From assembly GCA_963727445.1 (NCBI GenBank), contig CAVSGI010000008.1, positions 256,001 through 320,000 of the forward strand: a stretch of 64,000 bases of DNA. Direction: 5' to 3'. This document shows positions 46,084 to 57,516 of the stretch, in pieces. Origin of the DNA: an uncultured delta proteobacterium. Its GTDB lineage: Bacteria > Myxococcota_A > Polyangia > Polyangiales > B10-G4. The notes below the pieces were generated by a model. The model worked only from the letters and a program-made list of their open reading frames with translations. It made no database searches and was not told the origin of the DNA. The translations under genes and the position numbers were made by a program. Within the stretch, counting starts at the first letter, position 1. Each line of letters opens with the position of its first letter.

Positions 46084-46105
46084 TCACCTCTGATATCATC
46101 GTGGG

Positions 46106-48148
46106 GTGTTCCTCCTCTCGAGCGTCCTCTGGGCTCTCGTCGTCGGCTGTGGTGACGACACGACGGTCTCGGATGGAGGGACGGACGGCGACTCGGCGGT
46201 CGTCGCCGACGCCATGCCGGTGATGGTGGAGCCGCCCGAGCTGCCGGCGCCCGTCGTCCTCACCCCGTGCCCCGAAGGCTGGATGGAGGTGGGGGACGAC
46301 CCGCCCCTGACCTGCGAGCCGTGGGCCGTCGAGGATTCTCCCACCTGCACCGGAGCCACCGCCCGCTTCGTCGGCGCCGCCGGGTGCGAACGGTTGGGCT
46401 CGGAATGTCCGAGCGACGGGTTTCCCGCCGCGGCGCCGCCGGAGGCGCTCTTCGTCTCGGCGGACGCAGCGACTGGGGGCGACGGATCGCGGGCCGCGCC
46501 GTTTTCGACAATCACCGACGCGCTCGCCGCGGCCGCATCGGGCGATGTCGTCGCCATCGCCGTCGGACAATACGACGAAGCTCTCGACGTGCCGGGCGGA
46601 GTCACGCTCCTCGGCGCCTGTACCGAGGGCACCCGTTTGTCGTCGAGCGGGGGTCGCATCGACCGCGGGGTGATCACGGTGACCGGCAGCGACGTGGTGG
46701 TCAAAGACCTCCGGATCGAGAGCAGCGAGCAGGGAGGCATCTGGGTCGTCGGCATGGACCAGAGCGCACGGCTCGAAGACGTGCTCATCGAAGATGTCCG
46801 GGTGGCGGGCATCGACGCGGAGAACGGGGCGTCGATCGAGGGCTCGCGGATCGTCGTTCGCCGGTCGCGCCCCACCGTGTTCGGCTCCTTCGGGCGTGGC
46901 CTGACCCTCGAGACCGGCTCCAGCACCGTGATCGATCACCTGGTGGTGGAGGACTGCATCGAGTTCGGTGTCCTGAGCTACGGCGACGGAACCACCGTCG
47001 AGCTCTCGGACGCCGCCGTCCTTCGAATCGGCGCCCTCCCCGACGGCAGCGCCGGCCCCGGACTGGTCGCGACCAACGGCGGGACGCTCACCGCCGAGCG
47101 CACCCTCGTCGAGAACACGACCGACTTCGGCGTGGCCTCGCTGGCCGAAGGGGCCCTGACGCTCCGCGACTCCCTCGTGCGCGAAACCCGAAGCCGCGTG
47201 ATGGGAACCGATCGGGGCTATGGGATCAGCGCGCAGACAGACGCGTTCCTCGACATCGAGCGAACGACCATCACGACGGCCCGCGGCGTCGGGGTGTTCC
47301 TGAACCAGGCCGTCGGCACGATGCGCGACGTCGTGATTCAAGACACGCGGACGCGCGAGAACGATTCGGCGCTCGGCCGCGGCCTGTCGGTGCAGGATCT
47401 GGCCATGATCGACGCCGAGAGGGTTCACATCCGGCGCGTTCGGGAGACGGCTGTGATCATCGGAGGGGTGTTGCCCAGCTTCGGGACGCTGAGCGACGTC
47501 ACCATCGCGGACGTCGCCCCCGATGAGATCACGCAGCGCTTCGGCCGCGGGGTGACCGTCCAGGCCCGAAGCGACATCACCTTCGATCGCACGCTCATCG
47601 AGCGCGCGGTGGAGTCGGGGATCTCGAACGCGGCGCACCTCAGGATGAACGACCTCACGGTGCGCGAGGTGGCCCCCGCGCCGAACGCCTTGCCCCCGGG
47701 TGGGTTCGGCGTGACGACGTTCGCGGGAGGAGAGACGACTCTTCGACGCGTCTTCATCGAGGACACCGTCACGGCCGGGATCCTGGTGTCCGGCGCATCT
47801 CGCGTGGACGCGAGCGAGGTGCGAATCGAAGGGGTCTCGAGCGTCGACTGCACCGAGATGGTGATCTGCGCACCCGGGGGCCACGCCTTCGCGGCCTATT
47901 TCGACGCCGAGGCGACGATCAATCATTTCGCGTTCGAAACGGCCGAGGTGTGCGGCATCCACGTCGCCAATGGCGGAGACATCATCGCGACAAATGGCTC
48001 GGTGACCAACAGCGGCATCGGCGCCTGCGTGCAGAGCGATGCCCAGTCGGTCGACGATCTGCAATCCAACGTCCTCTACTACGACAACGGCACGCCGCTC
48101 GAAGCGACGATGCTGCCGGTGCCGATGGTGGGGAGCGGCGACCTCTGA
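46106..48148 (+). CDS. Lipoprotein with right-handed parallel beta-helix repeats
   Basis: Lipobox LVVGC; GDGSRAAPFSTITDAL cap; repeated 'GRGL/V' beta-helix coils. Confidence 0.82.
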   Translation: MFLLSSVLWALVVGCGDDTTVSDGGTDGDSAVVADAMPVMVEPPELPAPVVLTPCPEGWMEVGDDPPLTCEPWAVEDSPTCTGATARFVGAAGCERLGSECPSDGFPAAAPPEALFVSADAATGGDGSRAAPFSTITDALAAAASGDVVAIAVGQYDEALDVPGGVTLLGACTEGTRLSSSGGRIDRGVITVTGSDVVVKDLRIESSEQGGIWVVGMDQSARLEDVLIEDVRVAGIDAENGASIEGSRIVVRRSRPTVFGSFGRGLTLETGSSTVIDHLVVEDCIEFGVLSYGDGTTVELSDAAVLRIGALPDGSAGPGLVATNGGTLTAERTLVENTTDFGVASLAEGALTLRDSLVRETRSRVMGTDRGYGISAQTDAFLDIERTTITTARGVGVFLNQAVGTMRDVVIQDTRTRENDSALGRGLSVQDLAMIDAERVHIRRVRETAVIIGGVLPSFGTLSDVTIADVAPDEITQRFGRGVTVQARSDITFDRTLIERAVESGISNAAHLRMNDLTVREVAPAPNALPPGGFGVTTFAGGETTLRRVFIEDTVTAGILVSGASRVDASEVRIEGVSSVDCTEMVICAPGGHAFAAYFDAEATINHFAFETAEVCGIHVANGGDIIATNGSVTNSGIGACVQSDAQSVDDLQSNVLYYDNGTPLEATMLPVPMVGSGDL

Positions 48149-48155
48149 GGGCCTC

Positions 48156-49331
48156 TTGGCGACCCCACGACTCCACTACGACGACCCGCTCGCGCTCGAA
48201 GCCGAAGCTCGCGTCGTGGCGCACGCCGAGCGCGAAGGCCGAAGGTCGCTGGTCCTGAGCGACACCATCTTCTATCCCGAGTCGGGAGGGCAGCTCGGCG
48301 ATCACGGGCTCATCGGCAGCGCCCGGATCGACGATGTCGTCCTGGACGCGGAAGGCGTCGTCCATCACCTGGTCGGCGAGGGCGACCTCCCGCCGGTGGG
48401 TGAGGTGGTCACCTGTCGGGTGGACGAAGCGCGGCGCCGGCAGCACATGGCGTTGCACACCGCACAGCACGTGCTCTCCCGCGCCTTGCTCGATCTTCAC
48501 GACGCCGTCACCGTGAGCTCGCGCCTCGGTGCCTCGGGCGCCACCATCGACGTCGACCGGAGCCGGCTCGGCCTGATGGCGCTCGCCGACGTCGAGGCGC
48601 TCGCGAACGCGGTGGTGGACGAAGACCGCCCGGTGAGGCAGTTCTTTCCGACGGATCGCGAGCTCGCCGCGCTCCATCTCCGCAAGCCCCCGCCCGACGT
48701 GGAAGGCCGGGTTCGCGTCGTGGACGTGGGCGGCTTCGATCGCACCCCCTGCGGCGGCACCCACGTCACGCACACGGCGCAGATCGAGCTCGTCTTTCTC
48801 CGCTCGGCCGAACGGTACAAGGGCGGCACGCGCATCACCTTCGAAGCCGGGCCCCGCGCACGCGCGGCCCTTTTTGCCCATCGCGACGCGGTGCGCGAGG
48901 CCGCCGCCGCGCTCGAGTGCGCACCTCACGAGCTGGTGCAGGCGACGCACAGGCAGCTGTCACGCCTCGCCGATGCCCGAAGCGAGATCGCGGCACTTCG
49001 AGGCGACCTCGCCAATCGCTGGGCCACCGAGCTCGACGCTTCCGGCGACACCATCGTCGCAACGCTCCTGGGCGCTGACGCGAAGCTGCTGAGCGCCGTG
49101 GCGGCGCGCCTCACGACCGGTGCCCGCCGCGTCGCGCTCGGGGCCCCTTCGGCCGACGGCATCGCGGTGCTGATCGCGCGCGGCCCCGAGAGCGAGCTCC
49201 ACGCCGGCGACGCGATGCGAGCGCTCGCGAAGGAGGCCGGCGGCCGCGGCGGTGGTCGGGCGGAGCACGCGCAGGGACGTCTGCCGGCAGGCGCAGCCTT
49301 CGAGGCGCTGGCCACGGAGATCTTGAAGTAA
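48156..49331 (+). CDS. alaX: Alanyl-tRNA editing protein AlaX (long form with DHHA1/C-Ala domain)
   Basis: TIFYPESGGQLGDHG, HTAQH, PCGGTHV and C-terminal GGRGGG...AQG. Confidence 0.9.
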   Translation: MATPRLHYDDPLALEAEARVVAHAEREGRRSLVLSDTIFYPESGGQLGDHGLIGSARIDDVVLDAEGVVHHLVGEGDLPPVGEVVTCRVDEARRRQHMALHTAQHVLSRALLDLHDAVTVSSRLGASGATIDVDRSRLGLMALADVEALANAVVDEDRPVRQFFPTDRELAALHLRKPPPDVEGRVRVVDVGGFDRTPCGGTHVTHTAQIELVFLRSAERYKGGTRITFEAGPRARAALFAHRDAVREAAAALECAPHELVQATHRQLSRLADARSEIAALRGDLANRWATELDASGDTIVATLLGADAKLLSAVAARLTTGARRVALGAPSADGIAVLIARGPESELHAGDAMRALAKEAGGRGGGRAEHAQGRLPAGAAFEALATEILK

Positions 49332-49382
49332 GCGGCGTCATCGAGGGTTTCGGCGCGGCGGGGCATTCGCTATCCTCGCTCG

Positions 49383-50435
49383 GTGCGGAAGCTCGTGCTC
49401 CTCCCCGCCGCCCTCGCGCTCCTGGTCGCTGGCATTTCCTTCGATCGCGCGCGGCCCGCGGCCGCCCAGGGCGGTGGTGGCTACGTTCTGGTGAAGCGCG
49501 ACGCCTTCCTCTACGCCGCGCCCGACGCGTCCTCGGAAAAGGTGCGCGATCCCTGGCGCCGGCGTCATCACGTTCGTCTCGGTCCCTGGTGGGTCATGCG
49601 TCAGCGCGGTGTGCAAGACGGCTGGGTGGAGCTGCGCACCATCCCCACCTTCCGCGCGACCTCCCATTGCTATCCGACCGTGGCCGGCCTCGGCAATCTC
49701 AATCTCACGCTCTACGCCCGGCAGGACGCGCTGGCGCAGGTCACCACCGCGCCCCTCACTCATCGCTTCGACGACGGCAGCAGCGTTCGGCTGACCGCGG
49801 GCGTGGGCGTGAGCCACCGGGGGGGCGCCCGCTACGACGCCATCGTCCCCGGCGCGACGATTCGGCTCCGGATGCGCGACGGCGAGCTCGGCACCAGCTA
49901 CGGCGGTGCGCGGACCTTCCCCACCTCCCGCGACGCGGTGGGCTTCCTCGCCCCGGGCGGGCGTCTCGACTTCCTCGAAGGTCGCTTGACGGCCGAGAGC
50001 GGCTCGCGACGCGAGCGAAGCTCCGGAACCGTGAGCTTCAGCGTGGCCGACACCCGAAGCAGCGGCGGCGGGGGACCGGCGCGGGCCCTGCTCGCGGTCG
50101 AGACCACCGGGCGCCGCGGGCGCATCGACGCGACCGTGCGGGCACCCTGCGCCGAGGTGAGCGGACGGATCGACGGCCGCGACGTGAGCCGTGAGCGTCC
50201 GCCCCGCGCAATCCACACGCTCGACGAGCATCACGGTACCCGCGTGCGCGCGGGCGCCCTCCTCTACTGGCCCGACGGCTCGCGCGCCGGCCGCGCCGCG
50301 AGTGACACGGCGCTCGACGGTCGCGTCAGCACCTCCGGCATGCGCCGGTGCTTCCAGCATCGCCTGCGCGTGGGCAGCGGCGGCAGCGCAGACGAGACCC
50401 TCGCCCTCTGCGTCGACGCCACGAACGTGCTCTAG
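49383..50435 (+). CDS. Hypothetical secreted basic protein
   Basis: N-terminal signal peptide; fits between alaX and putA; TATCCT 6 nt upstream of the GTG. Confidence 0.65.
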   Translation: MRKLVLLPAALALLVAGISFDRARPAAAQGGGGYVLVKRDAFLYAAPDASSEKVRDPWRRRHHVRLGPWWVMRQRGVQDGWVELRTIPTFRATSHCYPTVAGLGNLNLTLYARQDALAQVTTAPLTHRFDDGSSVRLTAGVGVSHRGGARYDAIVPGATIRLRMRDGELGTSYGGARTFPTSRDAVGFLAPGGRLDFLEGRLTAESGSRRERSSGTVSFSVADTRSSGGGGPARALLAVETTGRRGRIDATVRAPCAEVSGRIDGRDVSRERPPRAIHTLDEHHGTRVRAGALLYWPDGSRAGRAASDTALDGRVSTSGMRRCFQHRLRVGSGGSADETLALCVDATNVL

Positions 50436-50442
50436 GCACTCG

Positions 50443-53400
50443 CTACAGCACCGGTCGGCGCTCCTCGTCGGCGCGGGCGCCGAGGTTGCCATAGCGGTGG
50501 TAGTCGTCACTGATCGATTGCTCGGTGAGGTACCAGAGCAGCTCGATGCGACCTTCGGCGAGGACAGGCGCGTCGGCGATGTAGATGCCGCTGTCGCCGA
50601 TGGCCTTTCGGATGGCGAGGGGCACGCGCTCGGGGCTGGCATAGCGGATGCGGTCGGCCTGATGCCGCGCGATCACCCCCAGCAGCTGCTCGTCCGTCTC
50701 CCAGACGAACTCGATGGACGCCGCCCAGGCCTCGGTGAGCTCGTCGAGGAGGGCCACCGCCTCCGAGCGGAGCCCCGGTGGCGTGCTCACCGTCACGCGA
50801 CAGCCGGCGGTGCGAGCCGCGGCCACCCGGGCGAAGATCTCGAACGCATCGTCGTCCGCGTGGACGCGCACGCGGAGGGCCGGCACCGCGCGATAGCGCC
50901 GGAAGTTGTCCTGCCCCACGAGCCGGAAGTGATCGTGGGCGCGTCCGAACTCCTCGGCGAAGCGCAGGTCGTAGCTCCGCATGGCCCGCTTCAGCCGGGC
51001 GATCACCTCGGCGCCGAGGACGCCTTCGGCGGCGGCGTGCGTGTTGATGGCCTCGCAGAGCTGCACCAGGGCCTCGCTCTGCAGCGCTCCCTTCGGGGCC
51101 GGTGCGTCCCGGCGGTCGCGGAAGTGCATGAGCTGCGCGACGTAGTTCGGGCCCCCCGCCTTGATCCCCGGCCCGAAGGCGCTCTTGCCGACGCCCCCGA
51201 AGGGTTGCCGGAGCACGACGGCGCCGGTGGTCACGCGGTTCACGTAGAGATTGCCCGCACGAATCCCCTCGAGCCACTCCCGCTGCTCGCGCTCGTCCAG
51301 GCTCTCGAGACCCGAGGTGAGGCCGTAGCCGGTCTGATTGACGATCTCGATCGCATGGTGGATGTCCTTGGCGCGCATCACCGCCAGCACCGGACCGAAG
51401 AACTCGGTCATGTGCGTGTAGCTGCCGGGCCTGACGCCCCACTTCACACCGGGCGACCAGAGGCACGGATTGTCGTCGCGGTTCTCCGGTAGGACGGCCC
51501 AGCTCTCTCCCTCTTCGAGCTCCTTGAGCCCGTTTTCGAGGTCGCCGCTCGGCGGGGTGATCACCGGCCCCATCTTCGTCGACAGGTCCCACGCCGATCC
51601 CACCCTCAGGCTGCGCACCGCGTCGCAGAGGGTCGCCTTGAACTTGGGATCGTCGTAGACCTCCGCCTCGAGCACCAGGAGGCTGGTGGCCGAGCACTTC
51701 TGGCCGGAGTGGCTGAAAGCCGAATGCAGGACGTGCTTGATCGCCTGCTCGCGGTCGCTCATCGCCGTGACGACGGTGCCGTTCTTGCCGCCGGTCTCGG
51801 CCAACAGCCGCATGTCCGGCTTCGCCTCGAGCATGCGAAGCGCGGTGTCGGTGCCCCCGGTGAGGATCACCGCGTCCACGTCCTCCGACGAGACCAGGCG
51901 CGCGCCGCCGGTGGCCCCCGAGCAGGGGACGAACTGCAGCGCCTCCTTCGGAACCCCGGCGCGCCAGAACGCCTGACAGAGCTCCCACGCGACAAGCACC
52001 GTGTTGGAGGCGGGCTTGAGGATCACCGTGTTGCCGGCCGCGAGGGACGCGCTCACCCCGCCGCAGGGGATGGCGATGGGGAAGTTCCACGGCGGGACCA
52101 CCACCACCACCCCGATGGGCTCGGACTCCACGGTGTTGAGCGAGGCCAGCGCCCGCGCCGACGCGGCGTAGAACACTACGAAGTCGATCGCCTCGGACAC
52201 CTCGGGGTCGGATTCGGTCAACAGCTTGCCGCCGTTCGCCATCGCCGCGCCCATGAGGTCGCCTCGGGCCCGCCGCAGCTCGTGGGCCGCGCGCGCCAGG
52301 AGCGCCCCGCGCTCCTCGTGGCTCATGGCCCGCCAGCCGCTCGGGTCCTTCCGCGCGCACGCGAGCGCGCGGTCGATGTCGTCGTCATTGGCCTGACGGT
52401 AGCGACCGACGACGACACCCGGACGCGAGGGGTCCTTGCAGCTGCGTTCGTCGCGCCCGTCGCGCAGCTCCTCACCGGCCACGACCAGCGGGATGTCGAC
52501 CGCGTCGTCGCCGGTTCGGGCCTTCCACGTTTCGACGACGCCCTCGGCCCAGGTGAGGTTCTGCGGCAGAGAGAAATCGGTGTCGGGCTCGTTGTCGAAG
52601 TGTTCGAGCGCGACGGGCCCCGGCGCGGCGCCCAGCGGCGCGTTTCGATCCTGGGTGCGGCGGGGCGACTCGGGCAGCGACTCGATGCGCTCGAAGCTCT
52701 CGACGAAGCCGCGCTCGAGGTCGTTCCAGTCGTCGCTCCCCACCTCCAGCTTGAATGCGTGGCGCAGGAAGTTGTCGGGCCCCGTGTTCTCGTCCATTCG
52801 GCGGATCAGGTAACCGACTGCGTTGATGAACTCCTCCTGCTTGGTGGCGGGCGCGTAGAGCAGGATGTCCTCGGCGAGCTCGGAGAGCGCGCGCCGCTGG
52901 TGGTTGGCCATCCCCTCCAGCATCTCGAATTGCATCGAGGCGATGGCGCCGCGCTCGGCGCCGAGCACCAGGGCATACGCCGCTTCGAAGAGGTTGTGGG
53001 TCGCCACGCCGATGCGCACCGCGGGCACGTTCTCGGGCCTGAGCGCCTCGTGCAGCATCCGCTTGTAGTTGGCGTCGGTGTCGGCCTTGCTCGAAAAGGG
53101 CGCCTGCGGCCAACCGTGAATCGAAGCCTCGACCCGCTCCGCCTCCATGTTCGCGCCCTTCACCAGGCGGATGGTCAGCGGAGAGCCGCCCCCGTCCACC
53201 CGCTCACGCGCAAAGGCGTTGATCCGCTTCTGCGCCGCGAAGGAGTCGGGGATGTAGGCCTGAAGGGCGATCCCCGCTTTGACCTTTTCGAGGCCGGGAC
53301 GCCGCAGGGTCTGGATGAAGGCGTCCACCGTGATCTCGAGATCGCGGTACTCCTCCATGTCCAGGTAGACGAACTTCGAGGACTCGCTTCCGTCGTTGCG

Positions 53401-54108
53401 CCGATAGCGCGCCTTCTCCGCGGCCCGGTAGAGCAGCTCCATCCGGTCGCAGAGCACCCTCACGGGCATGACGCCGCGAGATGGGCGTGATCTGCGAATA
53501 GATGGTGGTGGCCTTGACGCTGATCACCTCGATCGTCCGGCTCCTGGAGCGCCGCCAGGTAGGATTCGAGACGTCCCCGCGCGTCGTCTTCGCCGAGCAA
53601 CGCCTCGCCGAGGAAGTTCACGTTCATGCGCACGCCCTGCTCGCGGCGCGCTTCGAGGTGCTTCCTCAAGCAGATCGATCTCGCCGGGCAGAATGACGTT
53701 CGCCGTCTCCTCGCGCATCTTGTCCTTCACCAGCGGGACCGACGACGCCCGGGCAGGTAGCCGCCGAAGGACTGAAAGCCCTTGAGCAGCGTGCGGTCCA
53801 TGCGCGCTGAAGAAGCGCGGCACGCCCTGGACGTCGAGGATGTGCGTGAGCTGGTCGGCCGACGCGCTGCGGGGTCTTGGCGCGGAACGCCTGGTCGGTC
53901 ATCTGGGTGAGCGTCGCGCTTGTCGCTCGCGCTCTGGAGCATGCGCTCGAGCTCCGCCTGCTGGCGCTTCTCCTCGCGGCGTCTGGAGCGCGGCGGCGCG
54001 GGTCTGCAGGTGGCGGGCGAGCAAGACCGCCTTGTCGACGGTCGAGCCGTCGGCGGCGTCGAGGAAGCTCTGAAGGGTGGGTGTGGGGCTGGGTCCAGAC
54101 GCTGGCAT
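50443..54108 (-). CDS. putA: Bifunctional proline dehydrogenase / P5C dehydrogenase (several apparent indels in 53460-54000)
   Basis: YLDMEEY, RLVKGA, ATHN, ETGGKN, HSGQKCSA, TEFFGP and QPFGG. N-terminal pieces lie in other frames (MTDQAFR, NVNFLGEALLGE, ISVKATTIYSQI). Confidence 0.92.
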
Positions 54109-54125
54109 GGCCAGCGGAGGCTAAC

Positions 54126-56110
54126 TCAGCGCCTCCTTCGCAGCGACCCGAAGCAGAGCGCGAAGAGCAGGAGCGCCAGGGAGAGGTTTGCGGGCGCGGA
54201 GGCAGCGCTGCAGCCGCCGCATCCGTCGTCCTGTTCGGCAGCCGCGGGGGCGGGCGGGCCCTCGGCTTCGGGCTCCTGGGCCTCCGCCTCATCGGTGGCC
54301 CCCGTCACCTGAGACAGACCGAGCTCGGGCAAGGGGTTCATCAGGACCGAAGCGAGCTGGATCTGCCCGCGCGCTTGCGTGCCGAGCTTCGGGGCCGACA
54401 CCGCCTCGCGACGGTCGGCGAGCTCGGGCGGCGGTCCACCCCAGATGCCGCGCTGGGGACTCTCACACTCGACGGCTCCCTCCCAGGGGTGGCGGATGAT
54501 GTAGCGACCCTGGAAGTTGTTCGCAGGTGCTTCGGTGGCGCCGGTGGGGAGCTCGTTCGCCGGGCCGACGCCACGGCCCCCTTCCACCGCAGGAGCCGGC
54601 CGGAGCACCAGATCCTCTCCCAGAATCGCCTTTGCCGTAGCGATAGTGGAGACGCGTCAGGACGAACTGCTGCATCGGATTCGTCTGCCCGTAATAGCCC
54701 AGCCCGCCCCCGTACATCCCGCGGTTGCTCGGCGCTGCGTCGAAGTGCACCGGCATGGAGGCATGAACCGTCTCTGCGCCCTGGGGCGCCGGAAAGCGCC
54801 ACCTTCGTACCGCGGCGGTCATGCAGTCCCTGAGACCGTCGTGTCCCGGCGCAGTCGCTCGCACGTCGGTCGTCGCGCCCGAGGAGTCGATGGTCAGCTC
54901 AATCGTCGCCTCGACCTCCGCCTCGTTCGCCGGCCGGCCCGCGAGGCGCGACTGGTGGCAGAATCTCAGCTGGTTCGCGTGGCGTCGCGCGATACGCTGG
55001 ATCACTTCGCCGGGCAGACCGGCGCCGGCATCGGCCGAACCGAGTCGCACCCGGGTCGACCAGAGCATCGACGTCGCGGCAGGCTCGGAATCCGCTTCGT
55101 CTCCCTCCGCGGCCGTCGCGACGTCGGCGCCGAGGGTCATGAGGTCTGCCTCCGAGAGCACCGGGCCCGGACACGGGTCGCAGTTGGTGGCCTGCCACGC
55201 ATACTCCGTCACCACGGCGCGCGGGTGCGCCTCGATGACCTCGTCGAAGAGCGCTGCGTAGAAGGCGCCGAAGTCCTCGCGCACCGCGTCGTTCACCTCG
55301 AGGTTCGTCGGAACGAATGTGTTGTCGTAGCTCGCCGCTTCGTAGCGCGTGTTCCGGGCGAGGACGTGGACGATCAAGTCCTGCGTCCCCGCGGAGTTGA
55401 GCATCCCGAGCCGAATGGGCAGCGTGAAGTCGGGCGTCTGATAGTGGACACGGAGGGGCGAAAGGAGCGCGCGGCCGTCCTCGAAGGTGACCTTCTCGAC
55501 GTCCACCTTGGCGACGAAGAACTTCATCCCCCCCTGCACGTAGGGAGAGAGCGCTTCATCCGCGCCGTCGGGGATGTGGTAGTCGTGCTGGCGCAGCCAG
55601 GTCTCGAGATCACCGGAGTCCTCGGCGCTGAGGATGACGATCTCGATACTCGCCCACCGCAAACTCCGCCTCGACCCGCACTCTGAGGCCACGGCCGTAA
55701 CCCGAGCCGCTCCCGCCGCCATGGCCGATGGTGCCGATGTTGCCGAGACCGATGGTCCCCTCCCCCGTTGCTCCCGCCATGCACGGGTCCTGCTCCCAGT
55801 ACTCGACCAGCCGCGGCGCGGCCAGCCGGTCGACGCGATCGAAGACCTCCTTCTCGAGCGTCTTCACGTTGTCCTCGGAGAGGATCACCGGCACCGGCAC
55901 CACCATCGCGAAGTCCTCCACCGGCCCGCGATAGTCGTTCTGCATGGAGAGCACCGTGGTGTTCCCCTCGCGCATCATCACAACCATCGTCGCGTCGGCG
56001 AAGAGATCGGTCTCCGCCCCCGCGACGTAGAAACCGCAGAACGCCGCAGCGGTCGCGCTGGCCATCAGCGTCGCGCCGAAGGTGAGCAGAAAGGTCAGTG
56101 CTCGCTTCAT
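54126..56110 (-). CDS. DUF2330-family protein with inserted AgmX/TonB-C-like domain and MYXO-CTERM tail (two apparent +1 frameshifts, about 55647 and 54624)
   Basis: AFCGFYVAG, DFAMVVPVP, APRLVEYWEQDPC, FFVAKVD, LPIRLG, VTEYAW, LTRLHYRY and NNFQGRY; tail GCGGCSA...LALLLFALCFGSLRRRR. Confidence 0.85.
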
Positions 56111-56139
56111 CGATGTCCCCCCTTCGAGAGGGCCCGATG

Positions 56140-57516
56140 CTAGCAGGAGGGGACGCAATCGGGATCGGCGCAATCCACGAGGCCGTCGCAATCGTTGTCC
56201 TCGAGGTCGTCGCAGTCCTCGCGGAAGCACTCGCCACAGGTCTCGAAGTCTCGGCAATCGGCGTCGCGGCAGTCCACGGTCCCGTCGCAATCGTTGTCCA
56301 GCCCGTCGTCGCAGAGCTCGAAGGAGCACTCCCCGCAGAGCGGTGAGTCGAGGCAGTCGATGTCGAGGCAGTCCACCCACCCGTCGTCGTCGTCGTCCAC
56401 CAGGTTCCCGCAGTCCTCGCGAATGGGCCGAGGGCAGTCGGGGAACCAGAGGCAATCGGGATCGTTGCAGTCGACGAAGATGTCGCCGTCGTCGTCCCGA
56501 CCGTTGTCGCAGATCTCCCGAATGCACTCCTCGGCCGCGCGACAATCGAAGTCGGCGCAGTCGGCCTGACAATCGCAGTCGTCATCGATCCGGTTACCGC
56601 AGTCCGTCTCGCGGAGTGGCCGATCCTCGGCACAGCACAACAGAAAGCAGCTGCAATCCCGATCTTCGCAGTCGATGTCTCCGTCACGGTCGTCGTCGCG
56701 TCCGTTGTCGCAGAGCTCGCTCCGCGGTCGCCCCGACGCACAGCTGCGGTCGTCCGCGCAGTCACTGTCTGCGCAATCGCGCCGGCAGTCGAAGTCGTCG
56801 TCGATGCCGTTGTCGCAGATCTCCATGGGTCGGCAGACGTCGGCCGCGGCGCACTCCATGTCGTCACAGTCGACGGCGAGATCGCAGTCGTTGTCGACCA
56901 TGTCGTCGCAGACCTCGGGGCTCGGCGTGCAGGTGCCGCAGGCCGGTGCGCCGGCGCAGTCCGGGTCCGCGCACTGGAAGAGGCAGTCGCAGTCGGCGTC
57001 GTTCGGAGCGCCGCAGTTCTCGGTGGCGGCGCAATCGCGGCACGACGGATCGCCCGCGCAGTCCTCGTCGCGACAATCGAAGAGACCGTCTCCATCGTCG
57101 TCTTCGCAGTTGCCGCACATCTCCGGCGCGAGGGCACAGATGGGGCGCGAGGCGCAATCCTCGTCGAAGCAGTCGACGCGGCAGTCGCAATCGTCGTCGC
57201 GACCGTTGTCACAGCGCTCCATGGTGCAACCGCCGAAGTCGCACTCGCGCTCACCCGCGCAGTCGTCGACGTCCGAGCAGTCGAAGAGACCGTCACAGTC
57301 GTTGTCGATCTCGTCGGTGCACACCTCGAAGCCGGTCGGGACGCAGGGGCCCGCGTCGCTGGTGTCGCTCGTCGCATCCCCGGGCGCCGAATCCCCGAGG
57401 GAGGCGTCCATGCCCCCGCGCCAGCGCCTGCCCACCTCGAGCTGGCTCTTGGAGCCGCACGCCGAGAGCACCAACAGAGGCACGAGGACGAGCGCTGCCG
57501 GCCTCAGAACCGACAC
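56140..57516 (-). CDS. Lipoprotein made of 12 Cys/Asp-rich putative metal-binding repeats
   Basis: Lipobox VLSAC; repeats ExCxNGxDDDCDxxxDCxDxDC. Confidence 0.85.
   Translation of the reverse strand: MSVLRPAALVLVPLLVLSACGSKSQLEVGRRWRGGMDASLGDSAPGDATSDTSDAGPCVPTGFEVCTDEIDNDCDGLFDCSDVDDCAGERECDFGGCTMERCDNGRDDDCDCRVDCFDEDCASRPICALAPEMCGNCEDDDGDGLFDCRDEDCAGDPSCRDCAATENCGAPNDADCDCLFQCADPDCAGAPACGTCTPSPEVCDDMVDNDCDLAVDCDDMECAAADVCRPMEICDNGIDDDFDCRRDCADSDCADDRSCASGRPRSELCDNGRDDDRDGDIDCEDRDCSCFLLCCAEDRPLRETDCGNRIDDDCDCQADCADFDCRAAEECIREICDNGRDDDGDIFVDCNDPDCLWFPDCPRPIREDCGNLVDDDDDGWVDCLDIDCLDSPLCGECSFELCDDGLDNDCDGTVDCRDADCRDFETCGECFREDCDDLEDNDCDGLVDCADPDCVPSC

Noticed and set aside
53460..55660. putA and DUF2330 as pseudogenes or programmed frameshift sites
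   Set aside because: Only clustered small indels, no nonsense codons, no slippery heptamers, and catalytic motifs are intact; sequencing error is more likely.
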